Below, in pieces: positions 55,509-64,000 of a stretch of DNA of 64,000 nucleotides (the stretch's first letter is position 1; every line of letters begins with the position of its first letter). The notes beneath the pieces were generated by a model. It was not told the origin of the DNA. It did no database searches and worked only from the letters and a program-made list of their open reading frames with translations. Origin of the DNA: a virus (lineage: Duplodnaviria; Heunggongvirae; Uroviricota; Caudoviricetes); the IMG/VR virus record IMGVR_UViG_3300018839_000001, one strand, 5' to 3'. The translations under genes and the position numbers were made by a program.

Positions 55509-55539
55509 AAAAAAAGAGAGGGATTATTTCCCTCTCTTT
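55509..55539 (-). terminator. Terminator of the rap-phr operon
   Basis: AAAGAGAGGGA/TCCCTCTCTTT stem; T-run on the minus strand. Confidence 0.8.
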
Positions 55540-55551
55540 ATATTAATATAT

Positions 55552-55671
55552 TCAAGTTGCATTTCTTTCTGTAACTTTAAAGGATGTATTATCTGTTTTA
55601 ACATATGCTGACGTACTAACACCTATAACCCCTAACAATAGAACAGCACATACTAATAATTTAATTTTCAT
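55552..55671 (-). CDS. phr: Phr pro-peptide (39 aa), predicted mature pentapeptide ERNAT
   Basis: Not in the ORF track. MKIKLLVCAVLLLGVIGVSTSAYVKTDNTSFKVTERNAT; overlaps the rap stop by 11 nt; AGGAGTGG RBS; signal peptide; VT-ER.. junction as in PhrC (VT-ERGMT). Confidence 0.9.
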   Translation of the reverse strand: MKIKLLVCAVLLLGVIGVSTSAYVKTDNTSFKVTERNAT

Positions 55672-56788
55672 GTAATAACCCACTCCTTAGAATTTGTCTT
55701 CTTGCATTGTATGCAACACGGTAAAACTCACATGCATCATAAGCCTTCTCTTTAGACTCTAAAATCTTTGCCGCAATGATACCGTAGTCTTCCACATCTG
55801 CATACAAGCCATTCTCGTTGAAGAACTTGAAGGTCTCTCTAACTAAGTCTACGTCATGAATTAAATACAATCCTTTTAACATTTCGAACTTTGCAACATC
55901 ATAAGCATTGCGAGCTTTTTCAGCAAACTCTTTTCCTTCAAGATAAAGATCATTAGCCGACACTCGCTCAGATTGTTTTGCTCTAACAAAAGCCAGATTA
56001 AATAAAGCTTTTGAAGTGAAAATATGATTAATCTTTTTGTATGCAGTTAAAGCTTTCTCTAGATGATTGGATGACTTTTCAAGTTCTTCAAGCTGATTAT
56101 AACATATTCCAAGATTCAAATGCGATGAGCCAATTAGATGATCTATCTCCATTTTCTCTGATTCGTTTAAAGCTTTATTCAAACTTGGCAAAGCTTTTTC
56201 AGGAATCATTTGATCTCGGCAATTACCAGAAAATATAAATTGGCATCGAACTCTGTGCTCTCCATAAGTGTCATATTTTTTATAAATATCGTATGCTTGT
56301 TTAGCATAGTTCATCGAGAAGAATGTTTGTTTCATGTGATAATACACTTCTGATGTTTTAAAATAGAAGTCCGCTTTTTCTAGATCGTCACAATCAAAAG
56401 AGTGAAGTTGAATCTCAGCGTTTTTATAATAAGTGAGGGCGTGTAGTAACTCTTTCTGTCTAAAATGATACATACCAGCAAAGAAATTGTAGTAGTATTC
56501 AAGCATGCCCTCAAGGTTCTTTAGTTTTCTTAGCTTTCTAAATTCTTCAAAACGACTATCAAGATCGCCTCCACTCGAACACATATAATCAAGTTGTAAC
56601 TTGTGCCTGAAATCTAATAGGGAGTAATAAATTAAAGCATCTTGGTTTTCTTCCATAGAGTCTATCTCTTCTTTAACTTCATTCTTTATTTTTTCCGCTT
56701 CATAAGTCCAATTATTTTTTAATGCTGTATACCAAAAATTCATTTTCGTTGTTACCAAATCATAAGGTATTACATCGCTATTCTGCAA
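55661..56788 (-). CDS. rap: Rap-family response-regulator aspartate phosphatase (TPR), RapI-like
   Basis: IPYDLVTTKMNFWY...MEENQDALIYYSLLDFRH N-terminus, GMLEYYYNFFAGMYHFR, EKADFYFK...YHMKQTFFSMNY; TPR repeats; catalytic Gln (ENQD) retained. Confidence 0.93.
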   Translation of the reverse strand: MQNSDVIPYDLVTTKMNFWYTALKNNWTYEAEKIKNEVKEEIDSMEENQDALIYYSLLDFRHKLQLDYMCSSGGDLDSRFEEFRKLRKLKNLEGMLEYYYNFFAGMYHFRQKELLHALTYYKNAEIQLHSFDCDDLEKADFYFKTSEVYYHMKQTFFSMNYAKQAYDIYKKYDTYGEHRVRCQFIFSGNCRDQMIPEKALPSLNKALNESEKMEIDHLIGSSHLNLGICYNQLEELEKSSNHLEKALTAYKKINHIFTSKALFNLAFVRAKQSERVSANDLYLEGKEFAEKARNAYDVAKFEMLKGLYLIHDVDLVRETFKFFNENGLYADVEDYGIIAAKILESKEKAYDACEFYRVAYNARRQILRSGLLHEN

Positions 56789-56892
56789 ATCATTAAACTC
56801 CTTCCACTTTAAATTCCCGTTATTTTGAATTATAGCACAACAAAGGAATGTTATGGAAAGTGTTTGTAAGAAATTTTTAAAATATTGACAAT

Positions 56893-56920
56893 AAAAGACG
56901 GTCTTCTAACCGCCTTTTTT
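56893..56920 (-). terminator. Probable terminator after ruvC
   Basis: AAAAGGCGGT-TAGAAG-ACCGTCTTTT on the minus strand. Confidence 0.6.
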
Positions 56921-57428
56921 ATTTCTCAACTATAGGTTTCTCAAACTCTATCAAATTATTCTTTATTAAGTATGTCAAAACCACTGCAAAGCTATCAGAC
57001 TCATCTTCATTAGCAAATTCAATGTCAACAAAATTATTTTTTATGATCTTCTGAACTTGAGCTTTGGTCGCATTCCCTTTGTATATAGCCTCTTTTACCG
57101 TTTTTGGTGGATAATAAATCTGATTAACATCACTGAATAGAAGATTTGTTACTCCATGAACCCTATATATGGTCTGAGTAGCCGCATTAAATCTCGAAAA
57201 TCCACGTTCTATAGTTACAATTGCAGGTGGATATGATTCCTTAAGATTATTCAACCAATTATATATCTCTTTTAGCTTAATCGCGTTATGATACTGATCT
57301 TTTTTCTTTTTGATTTTATCTGTGTTTACACTTCCAATAAAGACAAACTCTTGCTTTTCTAAATCATAAATTGTACACCCTGTGCAGGAGAGTGACAGGT
57401 CAAGTCCGTATATATAGTTTCCCAACAT
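56919..57428 (-). CDS. ruvC: RuvC-like Holliday junction resolvase
   Basis: YGLDLSLSCTG, VTIER, YPPKTVKEAI..GNATKAQV, NEDESDSFAV catalytic pattern. Confidence 0.88.
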   Translation of the reverse strand: MLGNYIYGLDLSLSCTGCTIYDLEKQEFVFIGSVNTDKIKKKKDQYHNAIKLKEIYNWLNNLKESYPPAIVTIERGFSRFNAATQTIYRVHGVTNLLFSDVNQIYYPPKTVKEAIYKGNATKAQVQKIIKNNFVDIEFANEDESDSFAVVLTYLIKNNLIEFEKPIVEK

Positions 57429-57565
57429 GGTTCAACTTTAAGATTAGGTGTGAAGTGTTTGTGTTTTGCTTTTTTTCATATAATTGGTTGTATGCAATTT
57501 GACGATTCGTCATAAGTACAACCTCCAACAAAAATTACTAGGCAGAATTAATCTACCTAGTAATT

Positions 57566-57594
57566 ATTATATCATTATTAATTTGTTTTGTTAA
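57566..57594 (-). promoter_or_regulatory. Promoter with the 16-bp motif as spacer
   Basis: TTAACA-AAACAAATTAATAATGA-TATAAT on the minus strand. Confidence 0.7.
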
Positions 57595-57595
57595 A

Positions 57596-60500
57596 TTACC
57601 TATTACGTTTTAAGCTTTTTCTGACAAGCTGACACTTGTTAAGATGAAGCTCTTTAACGTTAGGATTAGGCTTCCACTTTCCATTTTCGTTTTTCCAACC
57701 ATCTTTCTCTTCGACATCTAAAACTTTAATAATATCCCCTTCGTAGAGTAACTGGTCATCAAACGTCCAAAATTTCTTTTTGTTTACTTTAACAACAAAT
57801 TCTCGACCAGTTTTGATCTGATAAAGAGTAACTTTTGGAGTATACTTTTTGTTAATGTCTAAAACCAGCGCATATCTTCCATCCACATTGCTCCATGTAG
57901 AAGATGCATATCCGAGACTATCCTTTTCAAAAGCAATCTGATCATACAGGTCAATTTTCTGCGGTGGATCACTCCTAACCGCTTCTTCGTATTCTTTCAG
58001 ATTTTTTAGTCGTTGAATCTTTGTTTTATCTAAAAGACCTGCATCATATTTCAAAGGTTTCTTAATTGTTTTCTCTTTCTCAGTTATAGTGACTTGACCT
58101 GTTTTTTTATTCTTTTTCTCTTTTCGGTCAATCACAATTTGATCATCAAATTGTGGGTATAATTCAATGTTTGCTTTTTTCTTTCCTGACATGCAGAGGT
58201 ATAATTCCAACAGGACTTCTTTCTCTCCGAACTCTCTAAAGAAATCGAGGCGGATCAATGTTTCCATTTGACGACTGTCTACAGAAGTTTTAAAAATGTC
58301 AACCAACAATGATACGAAATCATTCTTATCATAGTCTTTATCTTGGGCTAACTCATAAAGTTCTTCTGCAACTTTTCTATTCAAATATTTGATAGATGCA
58401 ATTCCTTTATAGATGTTCTGCTCTTTTCTATTGAAGTTGTAAAACGCTCTTGATTGACCAAATTGTATCGGTTTGATTTCAACGTTCATTTTTTTAGCAT
58501 AATTAACGATTTTTGTTGTCTTATCTTTATCATCATCTTGAATATTTAAGATGGTTGTTAAAAACTCAAGTGGATAATGATATCTTAAATAAGCCCCAAT
58601 ATATCCGATATAGCTATATGGCTGTGAATGGTTCACAGAGAATCCATACCGACTTGCATCGTCAATTACCTTTAGAAATGATTCTAAAATCTGCTCAATG
58701 TGCTCCTCAGATTCATTATATTGTTCTTTCATATGAGAAATAAAGCCGTCATGAATCTTAGGCAATAATTTTTGTGTTCCTTCTTTCTTTGCAAGTCCAC
58801 GCCGAACCGTGTCAGATTCCGCTCCAGTATGTTTACAGAAGTCTGTAAGAAAGTTCATAATCTGTTCTTGGAAAATAAGGTAGCCAAGAGTAGGTTTTAA
58901 TGCTTCGTTCAAAGCTGGATGCCCATTATCTTTTGTCTCCCCAGCCGCGAGGTTATATCTATAGCTGTCACCAGATGGCCTTATTGCTCCATTAGCCATT
59001 GATAACAAATCAATATAGTCGATATCTCCAATATTATTCTTTATCCTATTCAACGTTTCGTCACTAAACAACTGTTTAATATAGGCATGTGCAGAATCAG
59101 ATTCAAGTTGGAATACTCCAAGAGTCGAATCACGAAGTGACTTCCACACATCCATGTCTTTAATATCGACATTGTCTGGAGTAAGTCTTTCGATATTTGC
59201 AAGTTTGCAAGTTTCATTGATAAGTTCAATATTTGCTAAACCTAAAACGTCTAGTTTGACATAGTTTTCACCATCAAGTTCTTTCATATTAACCGCAGTA
59301 ACACGATATTTACTCTCTTTTGTATATAAGGTTGAAACGTTTGTCGCCAAATCAATAGGAGACACAATAAATCCAGAAGGATGACTTCCCATAGATTCGA
59401 TTACGCCGTTCATTACATCAACATATTCAAATAGCTCAGGGTGTTTATGTCTATAGCTTTCATCAATTCGGTCTTTCCCGTTAAATGTTTCTACGGCCTT
59501 GGCAATTGTATCAACCTCTTCTAACGGCATGCCTAATCCTTTTCCTACGAGGCGGATCGATCCTTTTAAAGCTTTAGTGTTAAAAGTGACGATTTCAGCA
59601 AAATCAATTCCATCAAGACTAGCAAGATAATCGATTACTTCCTGTCTTCTAGATGGTGGAAAATCAATATCGATATCAGGAAGAGAGATGCGGTCTGGAT
59701 TCAAGAATCGGAAAAAGTTCAAATTATGCTTAATTGAGTCCATCTCTGTAATTCCTAATACGTAGGCAATCAAGCTCCCATTTACCGAACCGCGTCCATA
59801 TCCTTGATATATATCATTATCGTGACACCAGTCAATAATATTTTTTTGTAAAAGCATATAATCAACAGCATTAAGTTTTACATAGGTGTCAAACTCTTCT
59901 CTAATCCTATCGAAGTAAGTTTTTTTCTTTTCACTTGGGAACTTGTCAAAACCTCGTTTCTTAACACCTTCATTTATTTTTTGTTGAAAGACTTCAATAG
60001 GGTTCTCGTATAACTTTGGATATTTCGGAGTTTTATCCAAAGTAAACTCCTCGACCATATCTGCCATTACATTAGTGTTATGTATAGCTTCTAAATATAC
60101 GTTACGTGGCAATGCTCCTTGTCTTTCAAACATCTCAACTAATTCTGGATAGGATTTCATTGTTAAATCAAAAGAATCTTCATCTCCATAGTTAGCACCT
60201 TTTGATTTTAGAAATAGCTGTCTTGCTTTTGCGTGCTCAGCGTTTAATGCGTGTGTATCAGTTCCAGCGATAAGAGGGATGTTCAGCTCTTTTGATAGTC
60301 GTAAAAGCATCTGATTAAATGCTATCTGATCTGGATGACTGTGATATTGAATTTCAAAAAACATTCGATGACGATTTTTTGCCATCCAGTTCAGCATATC
60401 CTCAAGCTCATTATTGATTGCAATTGCCTCTGTTAGCTTGCCAGCTTCTTCTAATGCGTTATATTTACTATACATTCTCCAGAGTGGGGAAGCCAAGCAT

Positions 60501-60970
60501 GCAGAAGTCATAATAACATTGTCAGATGTAGCCTTTAATTCATCAAAGGTAATCCGAGGATTATAATAAAAATGACCATCTTCACGATTGAAGGATTGAG
60601 ATGTTAGTTTGTTGATTTCCAGCACACCTTCGTAATTTTTAGCAATTAACATGTAGTGAAAATTGTCGCGTTCTAAAATCAGTTTACCAGTAGGATTCCC
60701 GTCTGCGCCTTCTTCTATTTTAATCTCTTTAGTTAAATAAATTTCATTTGCGTGTATGTATTTCATTCCAGCTTTTTCAATCGCTTGCTTCTTTTTGATC
60801 CAATTCATAACGCTTCCATGTTCTGAGATTGCCAGAGCATTCATTCCTAGTTTTTCAGCATAATCTATGTAATCTTGGTATTTTGTTACACTGTCTGCCC
60901 CCGTACCAGCCGTAAGGTTACTAATGTCAGAATGGTCATGATACATCACATAATTATCCACGTACATCAC
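57596..60970 (-). CDS. dnaE: DNA polymerase III alpha subunit (C-family, DnaE-type)
   Basis: PHP domain (HDHSD, ALAISEHG, IAGTDTH), GRGS, catalytic PDIDIDF, HPSGFIV, KLDVLGL, YGFSVNHS; no intein-sized insertion seen. Confidence 0.95.
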   Translation of the reverse strand: MMYVDNYVMYHDHSDISNLTAGTGADSVTKYQDYIDYAEKLGMNALAISEHGSVMNWIKKKQAIEKAGMKYIHANEIYLTKEIKIEEGADGNPTGKLILERDNFHYMLIAKNYEGVLEINKLTSQSFNREDGHFYYNPRITFDELKATSDNVIMTSACLASPLWRMYSKYNALEEAGKLTEAIAINNELEDMLNWMAKNRHRMFFEIQYHSHPDQIAFNQMLLRLSKELNIPLIAGTDTHALNAEHAKARQLFLKSKGANYGDEDSFDLTMKSYPELVEMFERQGALPRNVYLEAIHNTNVMADMVEEFTLDKTPKYPKLYENPIEVFQQKINEGVKKRGFDKFPSEKKKTYFDRIREEFDTYVKLNAVDYMLLQKNIIDWCHDNDIYQGYGRGSVNGSLIAYVLGITEMDSIKHNLNFFRFLNPDRISLPDIDIDFPPSRRQEVIDYLASLDGIDFAEIVTFNTKALKGSIRLVGKGLGMPLEEVDTIAKAVETFNGKDRIDESYRHKHPELFEYVDVMNGVIESMGSHPSGFIVSPIDLATNVSTLYTKESKYRVTAVNMKELDGENYVKLDVLGLANIELINETCKLANIERLTPDNVDIKDMDVWKSLRDSTLGVFQLESDSAHAYIKQLFSDETLNRIKNNIGDIDYIDLLSMANGAIRPSGDSYRYNLAAGETKDNGHPALNEALKPTLGYLIFQEQIMNFLTDFCKHTGAESDTVRRGLAKKEGTQKLLPKIHDGFISHMKEQYNESEEHIEQILESFLKVIDDASRYGFSVNHSQPYSYIGYIGAYLRYHYPLEFLTTILNIQDDDKDKTTKIVNYAKKMNVEIKPIQFGQSRAFYNFNRKEQNIYKGIASIKYLNRKVAEELYELAQDKDYDKNDFVSLLVDIFKTSVDSRQMETLIRLDFFREFGEKEVLLELYLCMSGKKKANIELYPQFDDQIVIDRKEKKNKKTGQVTITEKEKTIKKPLKYDAGLLDKTKIQRLKNLKEYEEAVRSDPPQKIDLYDQIAFEKDSLGYASSTWSNVDGRYALVLDINKKYTPKVTLYQIKTGREFVVKVNKKKFWTFDDQLLYEGDIIKVLDVEEKDGWKNENGKWKPNPNVKELHLNKCQLVRKSLKRNR

Positions 60971-61484
60971 TCCTAATTAAATCGTTAATTCTTTTCTCAG
61001 CCACTTCTGTTAGTTGTAAATAAACTTCATCTCCAAATGTTTGATGCAACTTTTTTAGATCGTTAATTGCATCAAGACATTCGTCAATCGATTCAATTAG
61101 GTCATATCTAACTACATCACTATCGTTTACACATTTTATGCCAATTGCATCTCTAATGGCGAATTTTATTTCTTCTTTAACTTTATTTGAATTAAGCAAC
61201 ACAAAGCAAAATGAAGGATAGCCACCTGTTTCGTGATTATACTCCTTAATTGCTGTTGTAATAATGTCATATGCAGTATCTCCTTCGGCAAATAAAAATA
61301 CTTCTTCATGATCAAAATCTTTCATATGATTGATAAGATCAGGGTATATAGGATAGCCAAAGTAATAATACTCCTTAAATTCTTCATCATATCGAACATC
61401 TGTAATTAGGTAAGCATGGTTGTATAGATTAGATGAACGTAATTTAACAATGTCTCCTATTTGAAAATGCTCCAAATTAATCAC
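60954..61484 (-). CDS. Hypothetical protein (176 aa)
   Basis: GAGGGGTG RBS; overlaps the dnaE start. Confidence 0.65.
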   Translation of the reverse strand: MINLEHFQIGDIVKLRSSNLYNHAYLITDVRYDEEFKEYYYFGYPIYPDLINHMKDFDHEEVFLFAEGDTAYDIITTAIKEYNHETGGYPSFCFVLLNSNKVKEEIKFAIRDAIGIKCVNDSDVVRYDLIESIDECLDAINDLKKLHQTFGDEVYLQLTEVAEKRINDLIRSDVRG

Positions 61485-61493
61485 CCCTCATTG

Positions 61494-62096
61494 TTATGAT
61501 TTTTTAATAGCCTTCTGAAAACAGGAGTAACAAACGGATTCATATTTTTGCTTCTTGTCAGTAAAATCCTCAACACTAATTCCACTATCGTCAATTTGTA
61601 GTTGACCATCTAAATATAAAAGGTGATGGGTAGCGTCATTTATACAATGATCACAAGGCATGTCAATTGTATTAATCCTGAATCCACACTCGATTGCGCG
61701 TTTAATCGAATCAAACATTGCCCCATTGTATGAAATCATTAATCCATACGCATATATGTCCACATCATGTGTTACTGATATTTCTGCAAGCTTTTCTACC
61801 TGTTGAACAGTGAAAAATTGCAGTTCATCTAAAAGAATAATTTCTGGGTTGTTATTTTGGACTTCCTTAGACATGATTGAACCATCATCGTTTTTTGGAA
61901 CCACTATAGCAGGACGCTTAAATGTTAGTGCTCTAGATGCTACAAATGCTCCATCTCTAATGTCTGTTTCAGGTTTAAACGTAAGAACTCTTTTTCCTTG
62001 TTCATCTAGTAGGAATCCTTTCATAATTAATTGTGCGGACTTGGCAGATTTCATTGTTCCAAGTATTAAATCTCTAACTCTTAAATCTTTTGACAT
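61494..62096 (-). CDS. tdk: Thymidine kinase
   Basis: GTMKSAKS P-loop, LLDELQF, YAYGL, Zn-binding CDHC and CYSC. Confidence 0.9.
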   Translation of the reverse strand: MSKDLRVRDLILGTMKSAKSAQLIMKGFLLDEQGKRVLTFKPETDIRDGAFVASRALTFKRPAIVVPKNDDGSIMSKEVQNNNPEIILLDELQFFTVQQVEKLAEISVTHDVDIYAYGLMISYNGAMFDSIKRAIECGFRINTIDMPCDHCINDATHHLLYLDGQLQIDDSGISVEDFTDKKQKYESVCYSCFQKAIKKS

Positions 62097-62098
62097 GA

Positions 62099-62692
62099 TT
62101 AACCCTCTTTTTTAACTTTTTCTAACGTTTCCATGTAATACTTTTTAAGCACTTTGTCCAAGTGAAAACACACACTAATGTCTTTGAAAGACAGGAAGAA
62201 ATCTTCGTCTGAAAGAAATTCAGAATAAATAGTGTCTTTTAAGAAGAACTCTTCACTATGTTTAGTTAAATCTCGCATCTCAATAAGCAACATCGTCAGA
62301 TCAATGCGTTTAATTTTTTCATGCTCTTCGGAAGTCGGCGGTTCGATCCCAATATGTTTACAAATTGCCTCCTCAACTTTAGATTCAATAGAAGAGAATT
62401 TAGGCAATAGTTCTTTTAGAGGAGCAGGACAGTCTCCTACATATGCCTCGGTAAAGTCATGAATCAAAGTCAATAGGCACTCACGATTCGAATATCCTAA
62501 TTTTTTCGCCATCTCATAGCAGTAAATTGAGTGTTCCGCAACACTATAAGCTCTCTTAGAATGTCCAACAAATCTATTAATTCTAGTTAAAGATTGGACG
62601 ATATCATCAATATCAATCATTTCAGGTGTAGGATTTAGATAATCAAATTTAATTCCTTTATATGTAACCAGTGACATTTCAACACTCTCCAT
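62099..62692 (-). CDS. HD-domain phosphohydrolase (YfbR-like 5'-deoxynucleotidase)
   Basis: RFVGH...YSVAEHS, LIHDFTEAYVGD, KRIDLTML. Confidence 0.85.
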   Translation of the reverse strand: MESVEMSLVTYKGIKFDYLNPTPEMIDIDDIVQSLTRINRFVGHSKRAYSVAEHSIYCYEMAKKLGYSNRECLLTLIHDFTEAYVGDCPAPLKELLPKFSSIESKVEEAICKHIGIEPPTSEEHEKIKRIDLTMLLIEMRDLTKHSEEFFLKDTIYSEFLSDEDFFLSFKDISVCFHLDKVLKKYYMETLEKVKKEG

Positions 62693-62740
62693 TTTTGTTG
62701 TTTGTTAGAATAAAAGTGGAAGAATAATCTCCCACTTTTA

Positions 62741-63346
62741 TTATTTGTTACTAAAATTCCAAAATGAATTGGATTTACTTTGGCTTTCTTCTTGAGGTTC
62801 TCCCAAAACTTGATCTGCGATACCAAGTTCAACGGCCTCATTTGCCGAAAAGAAGTAATCCCGTTTACTTCTTTGAATTTCATCCATTTGACTTCTCGAC
62901 AATTTAGTAGATGAAAAGAGGCTGTCATACATTTCTTGAAGTATGCCTACTTCATTACGCATATCATCGTGATCTTTGATTTGCCCCTCCATTCCATAAG
63001 AAACAGAGTGATACATAAATCTTGCTAAACGATATGCTAGGCGCTGATTCCCTGCAACAAAAATTCCCAAAGCCATTGATGCAACAAGCCCCATTCCATA
63101 TGTAATGATTGGAACAGCAGATAACTCCATCGCTCCAATGATTGCAAAACCTGCTGTAGCACTTCCTCCAACGGAATTAATGAAAATTTCAATTGGTTGT
63201 GGCTCATAGCCCTTGATTGTTGATGAAAGGTACGCATCTTCATCGTTAATAGCAATGATTCTATCAATAACATCTCCTGCAAGCGCATCGTCAATTTGTT
63301 GAGAAATAATAATAACTCTGTCTGTTCTTGCTGTTTGCTCCATCAT
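62741..63346 (-). CDS. clpP: ClpP-like protease proteolytic subunit
   Basis: IFINSVGGS, VASMA (Ser), FMYHSV (His), RDYFFSANEAVELGIAD (Asp). Confidence 0.88.
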   Translation of the reverse strand: MMEQTARTDRVIIISQQIDDALAGDVIDRIIAINDEDAYLSSTIKGYEPQPIEIFINSVGGSATAGFAIIGAMELSAVPIITYGMGLVASMALGIFVAGNQRLAYRLARFMYHSVSYGMEGQIKDHDDMRNEVGILQEMYDSLFSSTKLSRSQMDEIQRSKRDYFFSANEAVELGIADQVLGEPQEESQSKSNSFWNFSNK

Positions 63347-63355
63347 CCAACACTC

Positions 63356-63853
63356 CTAATCATTTTTTCTTTCATATGTAGCAAATGAGAAGCTGTATGG
63401 ATGATTTTCATCCGCTTCATTTTTAACTGGTTCTCCAACCATTTTCCATTCTTTCGCATCGAAGTCGGGGAAGTGAACTCTAGCTTTGTTGCTAATTGTA
63501 TGTACATGAGTGATGATGAGTCTATCGGCATCATCAATTAATTGATAATACAATTCTCCGCCACCAATAACATAGATGTCATGTTTTTGTCCTAACTCCA
63601 AAACTTCATCGATTGAATGAAGGACTTTAGCTCCAACAGGATCAAAAGATTCGTCCATTGTTACAACACAATTCTTTCGTTTTTCTAAAGGTTTCTTTGG
63701 GAGAGAGTCCCATGTTTTTCTGCCCATGACAACAATCTTTCCGCTTGTGACTGATTTAAAATGCTTCATGTCTCTAGGAAGAGAGAAGAGGAGGTTTCCA
63801 TCTCCATCTCCGATCCCAAAGTTCATATCAAGGCATGCTACAAGTGTAATCAT
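63356..63853 (-). CDS. dfrA: Dihydrofolate reductase
   Basis: GIG..GNLLFSLPRDMKHFK, VVMGRKTWDSLP.KPL..RKN, YVIGGGELY, HFPDFD. Confidence 0.93.
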   Translation of the reverse strand: MITLVACLDMNFGIGDGDGNLLFSLPRDMKHFKSVTSGKIVVMGRKTWDSLPKKPLEKRKNCVVTMDESFDPVGAKVLHSIDEVLELGQKHDIYVIGGGELYYQLIDDADRLIITHVHTISNKARVHFPDFDAKEWKMVGEPVKNEADENHPYSFSFATYERKND

Positions 63854-63864
63854 TATTTCAGCTC

Positions 63865-63999
63865 CTATTTCAATTTCTTATATAAATTAAAGAATTTAAG
63901 TTTCTTATATGACCTTCTAAGTTCATCCTCCTCTTCAATCAGACAGCGATATTTTTTATAGTAATAATTGTCAAGTTTGTTCACTGCTTTATCTAACGA
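63865..63999 (-). CDS. 3' end of a CDS that starts beyond the window
   Basis: Open frame SLDKAVNKLDNYYYKKYRCLIEEEDELRRSYKKLKFFNLYKKLK*; the stop overlaps the dfrA RBS. Confidence 0.45.
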   Translation of the reverse strand, partial: SLDKAVNKLDNYYYKKYRCLIEEEDELRRSYKKLKFFNLYKKLK

Positions 64000-64000
64000 T

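Noticed and set aside
55661-56788. Arbitrium AimR-AimP system
   Set aside because: The TPR protein has the Rap N-terminal three-helix signature rather than an AimR HTH, and the peptide gene overlaps the stop as phr genes do.
57400-57513. 37-codon ORF with GGAGG RBS and A_AAA_AAG slippery site upstream of ruvC, suggesting a frameshift fusion
   Set aside because: A -1 shift does not enter the ruvC frame, and the ruvC frame has a stop upstream of its ATG. At most this is translational coupling.
19671-60970. Inteins or group I/II introns in terL, capsid, TMP or dnaE
   Set aside because: The ORFs are uninterrupted and of ordinary length, with no Hint or homing-endonuclease motifs seen.

Overview
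The whole 64 kb reads as part of a large temperate Bacillus siphophage or prophage. Its virion module follows SPbeta-like gene order, and a RapI-like Rap with a PhrC-like peptide points to a B. subtilis-group host. Layout: (1) 1-10.8 kb, mostly leftward accessory/early genes: a Pycsar pair (PycTM + PycC) behind a ~205-nt structured leader ending in an intrinsic terminator, a secreted protein with a small membrane partner, a RecD2-like helicase, an atypical tyrosine recombinase, a 58-bp inverted repeat with an AT-rich core and a tandem-wHTH Rep-like gene. (2) 11-18 kb rightward: HU-like protein, PIN-PhoH, 8 tRNAs, a DUF2828 (Ro60/TROVE-like + vWA) protein and a metallophosphoesterase. (3) 18.7-54.4 kb: terminase, portal, protease/scaffold, capsid, neck, tail tube, XerC/D-like recombinase, 3110-aa tape measure, Dit, Tal, CBM-repeat fibre, GH25 endolysin and holins. 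(4) 54.6-64 kb leftward: rap-phr, RuvC, DnaE, Tdk, HD nucleotidase, ClpP and DHFR. The most striking unexplained signal is five copies of a stem + NNACAGC-bulge RNA element interleaved with the tRNAs just upstream of the DUF2828 gene. Two copies contain a circularly permuted tRNA mimic (T-arm, closed acceptor stem, D-arm), the topology of bacterial YrlA Y RNAs. This suggests a phage-encoded Ro60-like/Y-RNA-like ribonucleoprotein system with a non-canonical protein and binding motif. Other notable items are the attenuator-like Pycsar leader, a 16-bp motif (AAACHAATTAATAATG; 11 exact and 4 near copies) filling promoter spacers, an unannotated Phr peptide (ERNAT), and an apparently toxin-less type I antitoxin-like RNA locus behind the holins. 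All calls were made by eye; no database searches or folding programs were run.
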